A stretch of DNA of 64,000 nt from an uncultured candidate division Zixibacteria bacterium (GTDB taxonomy: Bacteria; Zixibacteria; MSB-5A5; GN15; PGXB01). The stretch spans positions 2,912,001 through 2,976,000 of the forward strand of contig OY969724.1 of NCBI GenBank assembly GCA_963702205.1. Direction: 5' to 3'. The translations under genes were made by a program, and so were the position numbers. Of this stretch, positions 20,867 to 31,389 are shown one piece after another (positions within the stretch are counted from its first letter, which is position 1; the number at the start of each line of letters is the position of its first letter). The notes beneath the pieces were generated by a model. It saw nothing but the letters and a program-made list of their open reading frames with translations, had not been told where the DNA came from and made no database searches.

Positions 20867-22996
20867 TGAAATATAAAGCCTTTCTGCTCGGCCTTTTTTC
20901 CATCACCGCCCAGGTATTTATGCTCCGTGAACTGATGGCGTCGTACGGCGGCAGCGAGCTGTACATCGGTACCGCTCTGTTCGGCTGGATGATAAGCGTG
21001 GCGCTCGGCGCACTATACGGCGGACGGAAAAACATCAATATTTCGTCCATCGTACTGTTTATAGGGTCTGCGATTCTGATTCCGGTCATGCTGCTGGCGG
21101 TCCGTTTCTCACCATTTATATTCAGCGACATCGTCGGGGAGACAATTCCCTTCACGAAAGCCGCTCCGCTTTCAGTCGCCCTCATGTTCCCGCCCGGTTT
21201 CATTTTCGGCTGGCTCTTCCCGGTCATCAACCGTGAAGGATATAAACCGTCGGAAGCCATTATACATACCTATCTGTACGAAGGCCTCGGAGCTTTCGCC
21301 GGTGGTTTGATTCTTATGTTCGCCATTGGAACGATATTTTCAACCTTCTCCCTCGCCCTGGCCTTAAGTCTGCTGATTATCCTGGGACAAATTCCAACTC
21401 AAAAGAAACCAACTCTGATAATCGCAGCAATCATCTTCATTGCCGGTGCTGCGGCACTTGCACTGTCAACCGATAAAATAGAAACTTCTATCGACAGCCA
21501 TAAGTACACCGGCTACGACATTTTCTCTTCATTCGACACTCATTACGGCCACCAGTCGATTTTAAGCAAAGACAGCTCGTTAATCCTGATGACCGATAAT
21601 TTCGTGGAAGCTACCCTGCCGAACAAAGAAGCATCGGAGTACGACATCATCCCGCCGCTGTTGTATCGCCCTCAAAGTACTGATCTATTATATATCGGTC
21701 GTGCCGAATTCGGGGCGGCGCAACTGGCCGAACGATTTCCGAACCTTGCAATCCGCGATCTCGACTCGCGCAAGAATCTTGATTCCAAACTCGCTAAGTT
21801 GATAAATCCCGGGACATCTGTGACGCGCATCGACACCGACCCGGTTTCTTTCATGCGGGAAGCCGTGCAGGTTAAACGCTTCGACGCCGTCATCATGCAC
21901 GTCGGTGAACCCTCCTCTTTTGCAACAGCTAATCTTTATGGGACCGGATTTTTCGTGTCGATCCGAAACGTGTTGAAACCGGGCGGCCTATTGTACATTC
22001 CCACCTCATATGACACCGACCGATACATCCTGCCGGAAAAGCAAAAAATAATATCGACCATCTATGCCGGTCTCAAAAAATCGTTTAAGCATGTCACGGT
22101 CTGGCCCGGCCAAAACACGCTCTTTTTCGCGTCCGATGATTCAATTCTCAATATTGCACCGTCGGATATTATCTCCCGGCTCGACAGTCTTCCGTACACT
22201 CCGACCTATATTGACAGCTATTTTTTGCAGGACCGTCTCAACGATTTTAAAATATCACGCCTGCATTCGGCGCTGAACAATCCGTCGCAGCCGCAAACAG
22301 TACAACACCCGATCCTGCCGATCTATGAAACCATGTTTCAATCGCGGGCGCACGGGTCCGATGACCGTATTATCCCGCTTTTATTGGATAATCCATACAC
22401 CGCCTCGGTAGTCGGAATAATTATACTCGCGCTGTTTTGTATGACCGTTTTTAACACGCATCGGACACGCATGTACGGTTTGTTTTTTGTACTTTGTGGC
22501 CGGGTTTGCCTCGTTGCTGCTGGAGCTGGTCGTATTCTATATTTATCAATCGACGTCGGGATCGCTCTATTCGGACATGGGGATATTGATCGGTGTTTTC
22601 ATGCTCGGCCTGGCCGGCGGGACGTACTATTCCGACCGCATCGACACACACAACATCGAAATACCCGCCATCCTCATGCTCCTGACCGCCACCGTCATCT
22701 ATATGGCGACCTGGCAGAAAATCGACCATCGCATCTTTTTGATTTACAACGCGCTGTTTATCGGGACAGCGGCGCTCGCCACCGGGACGATTTTTGTCGG
22801 GGCGACACGGCGTTTCTATTTCGGACGGGCCTACGCCAACCGGGGCGAGGGATATGCACTTGAAATCGCCGGTTCCGGCCTTGCGGCCCTTACCGCTTTA
22901 ACTCTCGGCCTGCCGCTTCTGGGTCTCGGCTGGCTATTGGGCTCGGTCTTGATTCTCGGCGTTTTAACACTGGCGGGAGCGATAATTACACAGTAG
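20863..22996 (+). CDS. Membrane-embedded spermidine-synthase-like protein (TM-SpeE-like-TM), frameshifted in a T6 tract near 22485
   Basis: QVFMLRELMASYGGSEL, YLYEGLGA, YGHQ and LKPGG; C-terminal YQSTSGSLY..MG...FMLGL and YALEIAGSG continue in the other frame. Confidence 0.75.
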
Positions 22997-23005
22997 ATTC
23001 AGAAT

Positions 23006-23677
23006 ATGAATAAGAAAATAACCGGTCGGTACATCCTATTCCTCAACAACCACTATCCTTCAAATAACAACGGATTCTATATTAAGCTGTTGAAAAGCCG
23101 ATGTACTATAGCCGTCGACGGAGGCGTGCGCTTTTTCATCAGGAACAAAATTGTCCCCGACTACTTACTCGGCGATTTCGATTCCGCCCCCGGAATCCCC
23201 AAAAGCCTGAAGGACAAGACAACCGTCATTACCCACCCGTCACACAAAGACAAAACCGACAGCCAGCTCGCGGTCGAATTGGCGCTCGAAAACGGCGCCA
23301 CCGAGATTATCATCTGCGGCGCGGCAAGCATCGACGAGATCGACCACACCCTCGGCAATGTATTTCTATTGGAATTGATCGCCAATATCGCTGCAAAGTC
23401 AAAGCAAAAAGTGAGCGCAAAACTGGTCCACCCGCGCTGGGAGGCATTTCTCGCCCGAAACGAAACCGTAACAATCGCCGGTCGGCCGGGCGACTATCTT
23501 TCTATACTGCCGCTTTCATCCGGTTGCCGGGTGGAATTTTCGGGACTTTCCTACCCCGCCCCCAAACGGGCTTTGAAAGTCGGCGATACGATCAGCCTGC
23601 GCAATCAATTGATGGGATCCCGCGCTCGGATCAAAATCCGGGGCAAAGCCCTGGTAATAAAATCCGATAATAAATAG
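23006..23677 (+). CDS. thiN: Thiamine diphosphokinase
   Basis: AVDGG, GDFDS, KDKTD and DHTLGN motifs. Confidence 0.9.
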   Translation: MNKKITGRYILFLNNHYPSNNNGFYIKLLKSRCTIAVDGGVRFFIRNKIVPDYLLGDFDSAPGIPKSLKDKTTVITHPSHKDKTDSQLAVELALENGATEIIICGAASIDEIDHTLGNVFLLELIANIAAKSKQKVSAKLVHPRWEAFLARNETVTIAGRPGDYLSILPLSSGCRVEFSGLSYPAPKRALKVGDTISLRNQLMGSRARIKIRGKALVIKSDNK

Positions 23678-23793
23678 ACGACCTTTCAGGGTCATAAAAA
23701 AGAATTGACAATTGGCCGAATAGATATATATTCGCCGATTGAAAGCCCGTCTTAACAGACGGGTTCATTAAAAATAGGTATCTTCTAGGTTTC

Positions 23794-23864
23794 TGGGGGA
23801 TCGTCCAACGGCAGGACATGCGGCTCTGGACCGTAGTATCGGGGTTCGAATCCCTGTCCCCCAG
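23794..23864 (+). tRNA. tRNA-Gln (anticodon CTG), CCA not encoded
   Basis: Acceptor stem TGGGGGA/TCCCCCA; anticodon arm TGCGG-CT-CTG-GA-CCGTA; GGTTCGAATCC T-arm. Confidence 0.95.
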
Positions 23865-23913
23865 CTTTTTTATTGGAAGAACCTCCCGGCACGTATTATA
23901 TCATAATTACATT

Positions 23914-24825
23914 ATGAAATCCAAATCTGACCTCATAACCCTGCTTGGTCCCTTTCCGGAGAAAGCGCCACAGGATGCGACTATCGAAGATTCAACCGAC
24001 CATGGTTCATTCACCCTCGAAAAAGTTTCGTACAACGTCGAGCCGGGTGAACGTATTTCCGCGTATGTATTAATCCCCAAAAAGCTTAAAGCCAAAGCCC
24101 CGGCCGTCTTTTGTCATCATCAGCACGCCGGGAATTATGCTCTCGGTAAAAGTGAGGTCGTTGGTCTTGACGGCGATCCCACGCAGGCGTACGCCCGCGA
24201 ATTGGCCGAACGCGGATATATTACTTTCGCACCCGATGCCGTCGGTTTTGAAGAGCGCGCTCGCGGCGATCCGCCGGAAATCCACGCCTATTTTGATCTG
24301 GCCGCACGGCTGGTCAGCGGTCGGACCTTATTGGCCAAAGTACTGCACGATGTCTCGGTCGGACTGGATTATCTCGTCTCGCGCGATGACGTCGATGCGC
24401 ATAAATTCGGTTTCATCGGTCATTCCTACGGTGGCCGTATGGCTATCTGGGCGCAGGCGTTCGACAACAGGATAAAAGCCTCGGTTTCGAATTGCGGGTG
24501 CATCAGCTATCGTGAATCCCTATCCGAGGATACCGGCATACAAACCGAATTCTGTGTTCCGAGAATTATGGAGTGGGGCGATATTGAAGACGTTATCAAA
24601 TTGATTGCGCCTCGGGCGATTTTGATTTCGGCGGCGAAACGGGACAAATGGAGTCGAGGCGCTAAAGAATTGTATGACACAGCCCAATTATCCTTTCCCC
24701 CCGGTCAACTGGACCTCGCCCTCTATCCCGGCGGCCACGCTTTTACGATAGAAATGCGCCAGAGGGCCTACAACTTCCTTGATAGCCATTTACTGGAACA
24801 ATCCACCCGACCAGCCGCCAGATAG
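23914..24825 (+). CDS. Dienelactone-hydrolase-like alpha/beta hydrolase
   Basis: GHSYGG nucleophile elbow; ELAERGY..FAPDA.GFEER; GGHAF. Confidence 0.85.
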   Translation: MKSKSDLITLLGPFPEKAPQDATIEDSTDHGSFTLEKVSYNVEPGERISAYVLIPKKLKAKAPAVFCHHQHAGNYALGKSEVVGLDGDPTQAYARELAERGYITFAPDAVGFEERARGDPPEIHAYFDLAARLVSGRTLLAKVLHDVSVGLDYLVSRDDVDAHKFGFIGHSYGGRMAIWAQAFDNRIKASVSNCGCISYRESLSEDTGIQTEFCVPRIMEWGDIEDVIKLIAPRAILISAAKRDKWSRGAKELYDTAQLSFPPGQLDLALYPGGHAFTIEMRQRAYNFLDSHLLEQSTRPAAR

Positions 24826-24897
24826 GTCTTGACAACCCCGTCAGACCGGATATTTATTTCCGGCTATGTGCAACTTGGCGAAGCAGGATTGTCCACA

Positions 24898-25851
24898 ATG
24901 ACGCCGTCAGCATCTGAACCCGCAATCCGAATTCAGGCGCTTGTTAAGTGCTATGCCGGGTCGGCTGTGGCGGCCGTGGATGGAATCGACCTTGAGGTGC
25001 ACCACGGCGAAATCTTCGGTCTTCTCGGACCGAACGGTGCCGGAAAGACCACGACCATCGGCGTTTGCACAACTCGCGTTATTGCCACATCGGGTAGCGT
25101 CCGGGTGGTCGGAGTGGATGTTGCGTCGGATCCGGCTCGTACGAAACGATTCATCGGGGTTGTCACCCAGTACAGCACGCTCGACCGCTCGCTGACGGCT
25201 TTCGAAAATCTTTATTATCACGCGCGCTATTTTGGCGTGAATCGTCCGGAGGCTCGACGCGCCGCTGATGAATTTCTGGAGCGTTTTCAGCTTGCCGATT
25301 CGGCGGAAAAGATGCCCGATGCGCTTTCCGGCGGTATGGCCCAGCGTCTCCAGATCGCCCGGGCCATCGGTCACGGTCCTCAGGTTCTCTTTCTGGACGA
25401 ACCGACCGCCGGGCTCGACCCGCAAAGCCGACTGGGCCTCTGGGACCTTGTAAGGGAGTTGCGAGAGCAGGGTACGACAATCCTTCTTACGACGCACAAC
25501 ATGATGGAAGCCGATGAATTGTGTGACCGGGTGGCAATTATCGATCACGGCCACATCCTCGTATGCGACACTCCTGAGCGCCTCAAGCAGAACACAGATT
25601 CCAAGACCGAGATACATCTCACTCTCCAGGAATCATCCCCGGAACTAATGGAAGATCTTCGCAACCTCAGCGGTATTGACTCCGCGGTGGCCGTCCCCGA
25701 CGGTATCCGAGTTCTGGCATCGGGTCGCGACGGTCTGCTTCAAAGAATCGTTGAAACGGCCCGCGGCCACGCCCTGCGCAATGTCACAATCAAGGAACCG
25801 ACCCTTGAGACGGTGTTCATTGGATTGACCGGGAGGGCTCTACGTGATTAA
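24898..25851 (+). CDS. ABC exporter ATP-binding protein (DrrA-like)
   Basis: GPNGAGKTT, LSGGM, FLDEPT and TTH motifs; C-terminal EPTLETVF. Confidence 0.92.
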   Translation: MTPSASEPAIRIQALVKCYAGSAVAAVDGIDLEVHHGEIFGLLGPNGAGKTTTIGVCTTRVIATSGSVRVVGVDVASDPARTKRFIGVVTQYSTLDRSLTAFENLYYHARYFGVNRPEARRAADEFLERFQLADSAEKMPDALSGGMAQRLQIARAIGHGPQVLFLDEPTAGLDPQSRLGLWDLVRELREQGTTILLTTHNMMEADELCDRVAIIDHGHILVCDTPERLKQNTDSKTEIHLTLQESSPELMEDLRNLSGIDSAVAVPDGIRVLASGRDGLLQRIVETARGHALRNVTIKEPTLETVFIGLTGRALRD

Positions 25852-26672
25852 TACCATGAAAACTCTGACAGGCGGGCGGGTGCGCATTTATGCCAGGGCA
25901 TTCGGCGGCCTTCTGGCCCGCGATACCCGCGTACTGCGACGCGATTTTGTCCCATTTCTTTTGCGTACGGTCATGAACCCGATCATGTTTACATTCGTCT
26001 TTGCCTTTGTATTCCCGAAAATCGGCGAAGGATTTCATTCGGGAGGAAGTGAAAATTTCGCTACGATTCTGCTTCCCGGACTGGTGGCGGTCGCCATGAT
26101 TTTTCAGGGCATTGCCGCAGTGGCCTTGCCGCTGGTCAATGAGTTCGGACGCACCCGAGAGATCGAGGATCGTATCATGGCCCCGCTTCCCGTCTCAGGC
26201 GTGGCGCTCGAAAAAATCGCTTTCGGCGCCATACAAAGTGTCGTGGCGGCTCTGGTCGTCTTTCCCGTGGTTTCCGTAATTCCGGCCACGCCCGTCGCCG
26301 TGCACGTGGCCAATTGGCCGCTTCTCGTTATCGGTACTCATACTCGCGAGTCTGATCTCAGGGGCCTTCGGTCTGGTGATCGGGACGCTCTTCCGTCCCC
26401 AGCAGGTACCTCTTATCTTCTCCATCATCGTAATCCCGGTGACATTTTTGGGTTGCGTGTACTATCCCTGGCGACTGTTGACACCCCTGCCGGTTCTTAA
26501 ATATGCCGTCCTGATTAACCCCGTTGTCTACGTGAGCGAAGCGCTCCGCGCCTCTTTGACGCCGGACATACCGCACATGCCGGCACCCGTTTTCCTCATT
26601 GCAATGACATTATTGCTTGTACTATTGGCTCTCGCCGGAGTGCGCTCGTTCCTCCACCGCGTGACGTCTTGA
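25844..26672 (+). CDS. ABC-2 type permease, frameshifted near 26330
   Basis: LLPGLVA and EIEDRIMAPLP; hydrophobic continuation VLILASLISGAFGLVIG...NPVVYVSEALR lies in another frame. Confidence 0.8.
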
Positions 26673-26743
26673 TTGTGATATTACGGTTAAAAATCCGTAG
26701 GTCACCCCGACTTGCCGAAGGCCCTGCCTGCGCTGAGTCTTCG

Positions 26744-26827
26744 AAGTCTTGGTAGATCGAACCCCCCGTCGCAGACACTGAGCCTTGCGAAGTGCGGTTT
26801 CGACATCTTCTTTGCACGTCTTCCCGG
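26744..26827 (+). repeat. REP-like palindromic element, copy 1
   Basis: aagtcttggtagatcgaaccc...ggtttcgacatcttctttgcac; contains cactgagccttgcgaagtg. Confidence 0.6.
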
Positions 26828-26829
26828 CC

Positions 26830-27282
26830 TCAGAACATCAAATGCAGATCCGAACCGGTCGCTTTCTTCATAAAATCACCGGCAAGCATGATTTCCACAC
26901 CTTCCATAAAGTCATCCTTGCCAAGATCGAACAAATCGGCGCTCGTCTTACACGCCAGAAATTTGACTCCCTCAAATTGTGCCATCTGAAGCATATCCTC
27001 TATGAAGGGGATGTCCTTGCGATCCATTTTGTCCCGAAGTTCGGTCGTGTAGCGATCGACTTCGTCTTCCGATGGGTCAACCCCGGTCGGATAGTAGCGC
27101 AGTTGTTCGAGATGCCCCGGACGAATCATGTGAAGGCCCTCAAAGGTGAAATAGATCATGGTCTCGAAGCCTAACCGCGCGGAATTGAGCGCGATGATCA
27201 GCAAGCCGAACGCGCTTTGCATTGTAAAATTCGTACACACTAATGCAACTCGTCTATGGTGAGCGGTTGAGTCGCTGTTCAT
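26830..27282 (-). CDS. DsrE2/DrsH-like sulfur carrier protein
   Basis: YFTFEGL; GVKFLACKTS with the conserved Cys; AAGGAGG RBS. Confidence 0.85.
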   Translation of the reverse strand: MNSDSTAHHRRVALVCTNFTMQSAFGLLIIALNSARLGFETMIYFTFEGLHMIRPGHLEQLRYYPTGVDPSEDEVDRYTTELRDKMDRKDIPFIEDMLQMAQFEGVKFLACKTSADLFDLGKDDFMEGVEIMLAGDFMKKATGSDLHLMF

Positions 27283-27384
27283 AAGACGCCTCCTTATTTA
27301 TTAAACCAACCGGACACAAGTCCCGGCTCCCGTTTCGTTATCCAAATATTCAGTTTGATTTATTATACAGAAATTATATGAAGA

Positions 27385-27465
27385 AAGTCTTGGCAGGTTG
27401 AAACCCTGCCGAAAGTCACGGGCGAAGAGAGGGAGGTTTCGACATCTTCATTGCACATTTTCCGG
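27385..27465 (+). repeat. REP-like palindromic element, copy 2
   Basis: aagtcttggcaggttgaaaccc...ggtttcgacatcttcattgcac; same orientation as copy 1. Confidence 0.6.
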
Positions 27466-27666
27466 TTTTAGCAAACCCGACATAGAATGTCGGGCCAATC
27501 ACGAGCATTCATCATTCGAGAAATTTTTGGAGGACGGATATTATCAAAATGATTGGGGCACAAGCGAAATATTAGATTTCGATGGCGATTTTGGAGAATA
27601 AAATCTTTCGAAGCTTCAGAATCTTATAAGGGGAAAGAATAATCCACTTAATCCCAAATAGTTCAC

Positions 27667-28188
27667 TCACTCCTTGCCAATACTAACTTCATTACTTTCA
27701 CAAATAAATTCCATATATTTATTCGTAGCGTCCTCTAATATTGCGCCATCAAATATAATCTTTATTGAATAGGTTTCGGATTTATTCAACTTATATAACT
27801 CTTCAATTGAGTATGGATATTTATAAATCCTGGACTCTTGAGGTCTTAGCTCTATAAAATTGACCGCGCATTTAAAATGATACCTAAGACTCGCTTGTAT
27901 TTCTTTTCCATTAGCAGCCAATAGTTTTGGCCTTACATTTCGTCCAAAACAGGTAGGTTCCATTATCGTTATATTTCTTGTACTAATATTTTTAATTTCA
28001 TATTGCATGTCATGGACACTTTCCCCCATCATAGTAGTATCTACAAATAGTACCATTGTCGCAAGTTTATCAATATTATACATATTTGGTAGAGCACGTT
28101 CTGTGTACTTAGGCGTACAGCTTGTAAATGTACATAATAATGCTAATAATACATAGAATGAGCATCTGCTTAAAGTAATGTGGTCCAT
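27667..28188 (-). CDS. AT-rich hypothetical lipoprotein
   Basis: Hydrophobic N-terminus with FTS-C lipobox; Ig-like YEIKNIS...IELRPQES; markedly AT-rich DNA. Confidence 0.6.
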   Translation of the reverse strand: MDHITLSRCSFYVLLALLCTFTSCTPKYTERALPNMYNIDKLATMVLFVDTTMMGESVHDMQYEIKNISTRNITIMEPTCFGRNVRPKLLAANGKEIQASLRYHFKCAVNFIELRPQESRIYKYPYSIEELYKLNKSETYSIKIIFDGAILEDATNKYMEFICESNEVSIGKE

Positions 28189-28671
28189 ACTTTAATATCT
28201 CCTGGGCAATAAATAATACCATTTTCCCCATCCATAGTCATGCCATACTGGATTCGAATATGGGTATACCATATTGGCTGAATTAACCGGTAACACACCC
28301 TTCCAGGGTGTGGGGCGTTGTTTTTGATCATCACACTATCCCGCGAACCCCCGTTCTTTTCCATTATGATAGTTCAATATAGGCCTGTCGCCGCCCCGAT
28401 GGCAACATCAAAATGTCTACCAACCTATTGTTGTTTCTGCTCGTCCCCCTTTATAGAGGCCTATAATTATGTCAAAGACAAATGAAAAATATTACCTTCC
28501 GAGAAAGGTCGGCGACGAAATTACAAAAAATGAACGATTAAAACTACAGATTGCTTCATGACGGCTCAATCGAAAAAATTAAATTTTAGGAATTCGAACC
28601 CATTTCGCTGCAAGAAGAATCCATATACCGACTTACGCGCCATCATGGAGCGTACTACTCTACAATATATA

Positions 28672-29376
28672 CTACTCCACCATCACCAGTGTGCCGTCAC
28701 GGTACAGGTTCTCTTCGATTATAGTACCGTCGAAGCTGTATGTCACCCACTTGCCTTGTTTCTTGCCATCGACCTTACGGCCAACCTTGAATTGCGTGCA
28801 GCCCTTATTGGTTTCGATCCACAACTCCAGTGTTTTGATATAAAAGGAACCTTCCGGGCAGCAGGGGCCATATTTTTCCCCGGCGCAAAAGTCGATGCAC
28901 TCGTCACCGTACAGGTAGAATTTCTGCCCGGTCATGTTTATCCCCGGATTGCTGGGATCATCACCCGGCTTGAACCACGTACACAATCCGTGCAATTTAC
29001 CGTTGTCATAGTACAAAATCTTCGACCGAGATCCATCGGGATACCAGGCGATATCCCGGCCTTGCAGCACGCCGACACGGTAAGTCGTTTCTTCGACCCG
29101 TTGCCCATCCTCGGCCCATTTTATCCAGACACCATCTTTGGCATTCCAATCGTAGCGCCCGTCTTCTTTAAGCTGTCCGTTATCATACCACGAGTGGTAG
29201 TCGCCATGTTTGAGAAATCCCTTTTCGTTGCCATTGAAACGGGCCCTGGCATACCACTCTTTAGGCTGGCCGTCGGGATAAGACGTCTTCACCGTGTCAT
29301 AATCAGTCGAATACCAGGCGCGGACAGCCGGCGACATCGCTAAAAGCGCAAAAATAAATATGATGATCTTCTTCAT
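28672..29376 (-). CDS. Exported MORN-variant repeat protein (YwqK-like)
   Basis: Signal peptide; repeated G.....WY.NG / K.G.W..Y..DG motifs. Confidence 0.8.
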   Translation of the reverse strand: MKKIIIFIFALLAMSPAVRAWYSTDYDTVKTSYPDGQPKEWYARARFNGNEKGFLKHGDYHSWYDNGQLKEDGRYDWNAKDGVWIKWAEDGQRVEETTYRVGVLQGRDIAWYPDGSRSKILYYDNGKLHGLCTWFKPGDDPSNPGINMTGQKFYLYGDECIDFCAGEKYGPCCPEGSFYIKTLELWIETNKGCTQFKVGRKVDGKKQGKWVTYSFDGTIIEENLYRDGTLVMVE

Positions 29377-29527
29377 GATGCTCTTAATTCTCCCATAATG
29401 CTATGAACAGACGCGCTTTTAAATATTACAAATTATTCGCCTCCCACGCCAACTATTTTTCGTATTACAGGTTAATCATATATTGCGATGCCCGTTGTTA
29501 TGTTTTATAATCGGCGAAGAGAAAACG

Positions 29528-30184
29528 TTGGAAACCGGAGAAACGAAACTGCCCGAACCACAAATACAAGATACTGATCAGGTGGCATTGACGCCGCCGG
29601 AAGCAACGGTTGAGAAAAAGTCCGGCAACGGCTTTGTCTCGATCGCCGTCACGGCCGGAATCATAATCTCAGGATTGATTATCGTCGGTATTTTCAAAGA
29701 CGAAATCAACGGTTTCGGCGCGGATATTATGCGCCGCTATGGCCAGACGCAGGTCGATATAATCCTGTATTTCATTACCGCCATCTCGGCCAGCCCGCTG
29801 GTTCTTCCGATCTGGCAGTACGTGATGATCGGCGTCGCGATGGGCTACAGCATAGTCCGGCTGTCGATCGTCATGGCGCTCGGTTCGGCTACCGGGTCGG
29901 TTATCACATATTATATCGGGCGCTATTTCGGCAATTCCAAGTTCATAACGAAGAAATTTCCCAAAGCCCATAATCATCCCTGGGTCGAGGGTCGCTCCAA
30001 ATGGTTTGTCACCGGCGCTTTGTTTCTGGGGACGGCCTCACCGATACCGTTCGACATTCTCTACTTCGCCTGCGGGATAAAGCGCTACCCGGTCGGTTTG
30101 CTTTTTGTCGCCTGTGTGGCCGGGCGAATCATTCGCTATTTATATCTTGGTTATGGCTTCGGCTTTTTCAGCCGGTGGATGTGA
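29528..30184 (+). CDS. DedA/VTT (SNARE-associated) family membrane protein; start uncertain (29483 or 29528)
   Basis: ALGSATGSVITYYIGR, SPIPFD and GRIIRY motifs. Confidence 0.8.
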   Translation: METGETKLPEPQIQDTDQVALTPPEATVEKKSGNGFVSIAVTAGIIISGLIIVGIFKDEINGFGADIMRRYGQTQVDIILYFITAISASPLVLPIWQYVMIGVAMGYSIVRLSIVMALGSATGSVITYYIGRYFGNSKFITKKFPKAHNHPWVEGRSKWFVTGALFLGTASPIPFDILYFACGIKRYPVGLLFVACVAGRIIRYLYLGYGFGFFSRWM

Positions 30185-30187
30185 TTT

Positions 30188-30676
30188 TCAGCTTCTTGAT
30201 CCGTTGAGTCCTTCGACTGCTTTCAAAGTAGTCTCGACCGGAGGGATATCTTTCATCGACTGCCCATAATACGAAAACCTGATAATTCCATCTTTGTCGA
30301 CCAGCGTCTGGGCCGGGAGTCGTCCCAGCTTTATCAGGCTGACCTGTTGACCGAACCGGTCCAGAACCAATCGCTGCGGGTCGGGCAACCCGACGAACGG
30401 GAGATATTCTTTGCGCCAGTAGTTCTTGAAAGCTTTCTTCTTTTCCGGCCCGATGACTATGACCTCGGTGTCGCGCCGGACAAAATCCTCATAGACCCGC
30501 CGCAGCTGCGCCAGGTGTTTGCGACAAAAGGGACACATGAAACCCCGGTTAAAAACAAGAAGCATGTTTTTCCGGCCGATCAGGCTGTCCGAGGAAAATT
30601 TCTCGCCCGACATATCTTCAATGGTAAAGACAGGCAGCTTATGTCCCGATTTTAATCTTTTATCCGGTTTTTGCAT
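30188..30676 (-). CDS. AhpC/TSA-like redoxin
   Basis: LLVFNRGFMCPFC (CxxC); LPAQTLVDKDGIIRF. Confidence 0.85.
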   Translation of the reverse strand: MQKPDKRLKSGHKLPVFTIEDMSGEKFSSDSLIGRKNMLLVFNRGFMCPFCRKHLAQLRRVYEDFVRRDTEVIVIGPEKKKAFKNYWRKEYLPFVGLPDPQRLVLDRFGQQVSLIKLGRLPAQTLVDKDGIIRFSYYGQSMKDIPPVETTLKAVEGLNGSRS

Positions 30677-30847
30677 TTAACGGCCCGCCAGTAGAAATCT
30701 CTCTATATATAATTTAACGGTACGGGGAGATTTAAGCAAGACGACTTTATAAAGAGTTCAATTTCAAGATAATGGCAAAAAGATAAAGGGGCGGAAGTAA
30801 CCACCCCCTATAGGAATATCTGAATAAACTTGCTATCAGTATTCGAA

Positions 30848-31114
30848 TCAGTCGCGCGGGCCGCGGCTCTCGTCCCGTCTGCGTGCGATATTGATACGCA
30901 GTTGACGGCCATCAAGATCCTGCCCGTTCAAACCGTCGATAGCCGACTGCGCCTGATCATCGGACGGCATTTCGACAAACGCGAAACCACGAGATTGGCC
31001 AGTCATTCTATCTTTGATTACGTTCACACTGGCGACTTCGCCATAGCCTTCGAAGGCATTTCTAAGGCTTTCTTCGTTGGTGTTGTAAGACAGATTGCCG
31101 ACATAAATGTTCAC
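30848..31114 (-). CDS. RRM RNA-binding protein
   Basis: RNP2 IYVGNL and RNP1 RGFAFVEM; AAGGAG RBS with GTG start. Confidence 0.95.
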   Translation of the reverse strand: MNIYVGNLSYNTNEESLRNAFEGYGEVASVNVIKDRMTGQSRGFAFVEMPSDDQAQSAIDGLNGQDLDGRQLRINIARRRDESRGPRD

Positions 31115-31389
31115 AAAAGACTCCTTTACTCTGTTTATCCCTCAGGAACTCGGTCAACGGCAATGAGGCCTGATGGATAAACGTTTTAACGAAATAATTT
31201 GTTAATTGCCTGGATATGTTAAAAGAAAATTTCGAATAAACTAAAACCCTGCGGAATAAAATAATTCACAATTCATCCTAATAAATATATCGGAATTTAT
31301 CAGTTTGGCAACATAATTATTCGATAGCCTGAAAAAATATTGGGGGACAAAAATATCAGGATGTCATTGTCGGACGGCCGTTTATATCG

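Noticed and set aside
23818..23913. Track start of the hydrolase ORF at 23818
   Set aside because: It overlaps tRNA-Gln; ATG 23914 is the plausible start.
26695..27495. CRISPR array or IS element
   Set aside because: Only two degenerate copies with no regular spacers, and no cas or transposase gene.
30188..30676. Second selenoprotein candidate (redoxin)
   Set aside because: The CxxC is encoded by ordinary Cys codons and there is no in-frame TGA.
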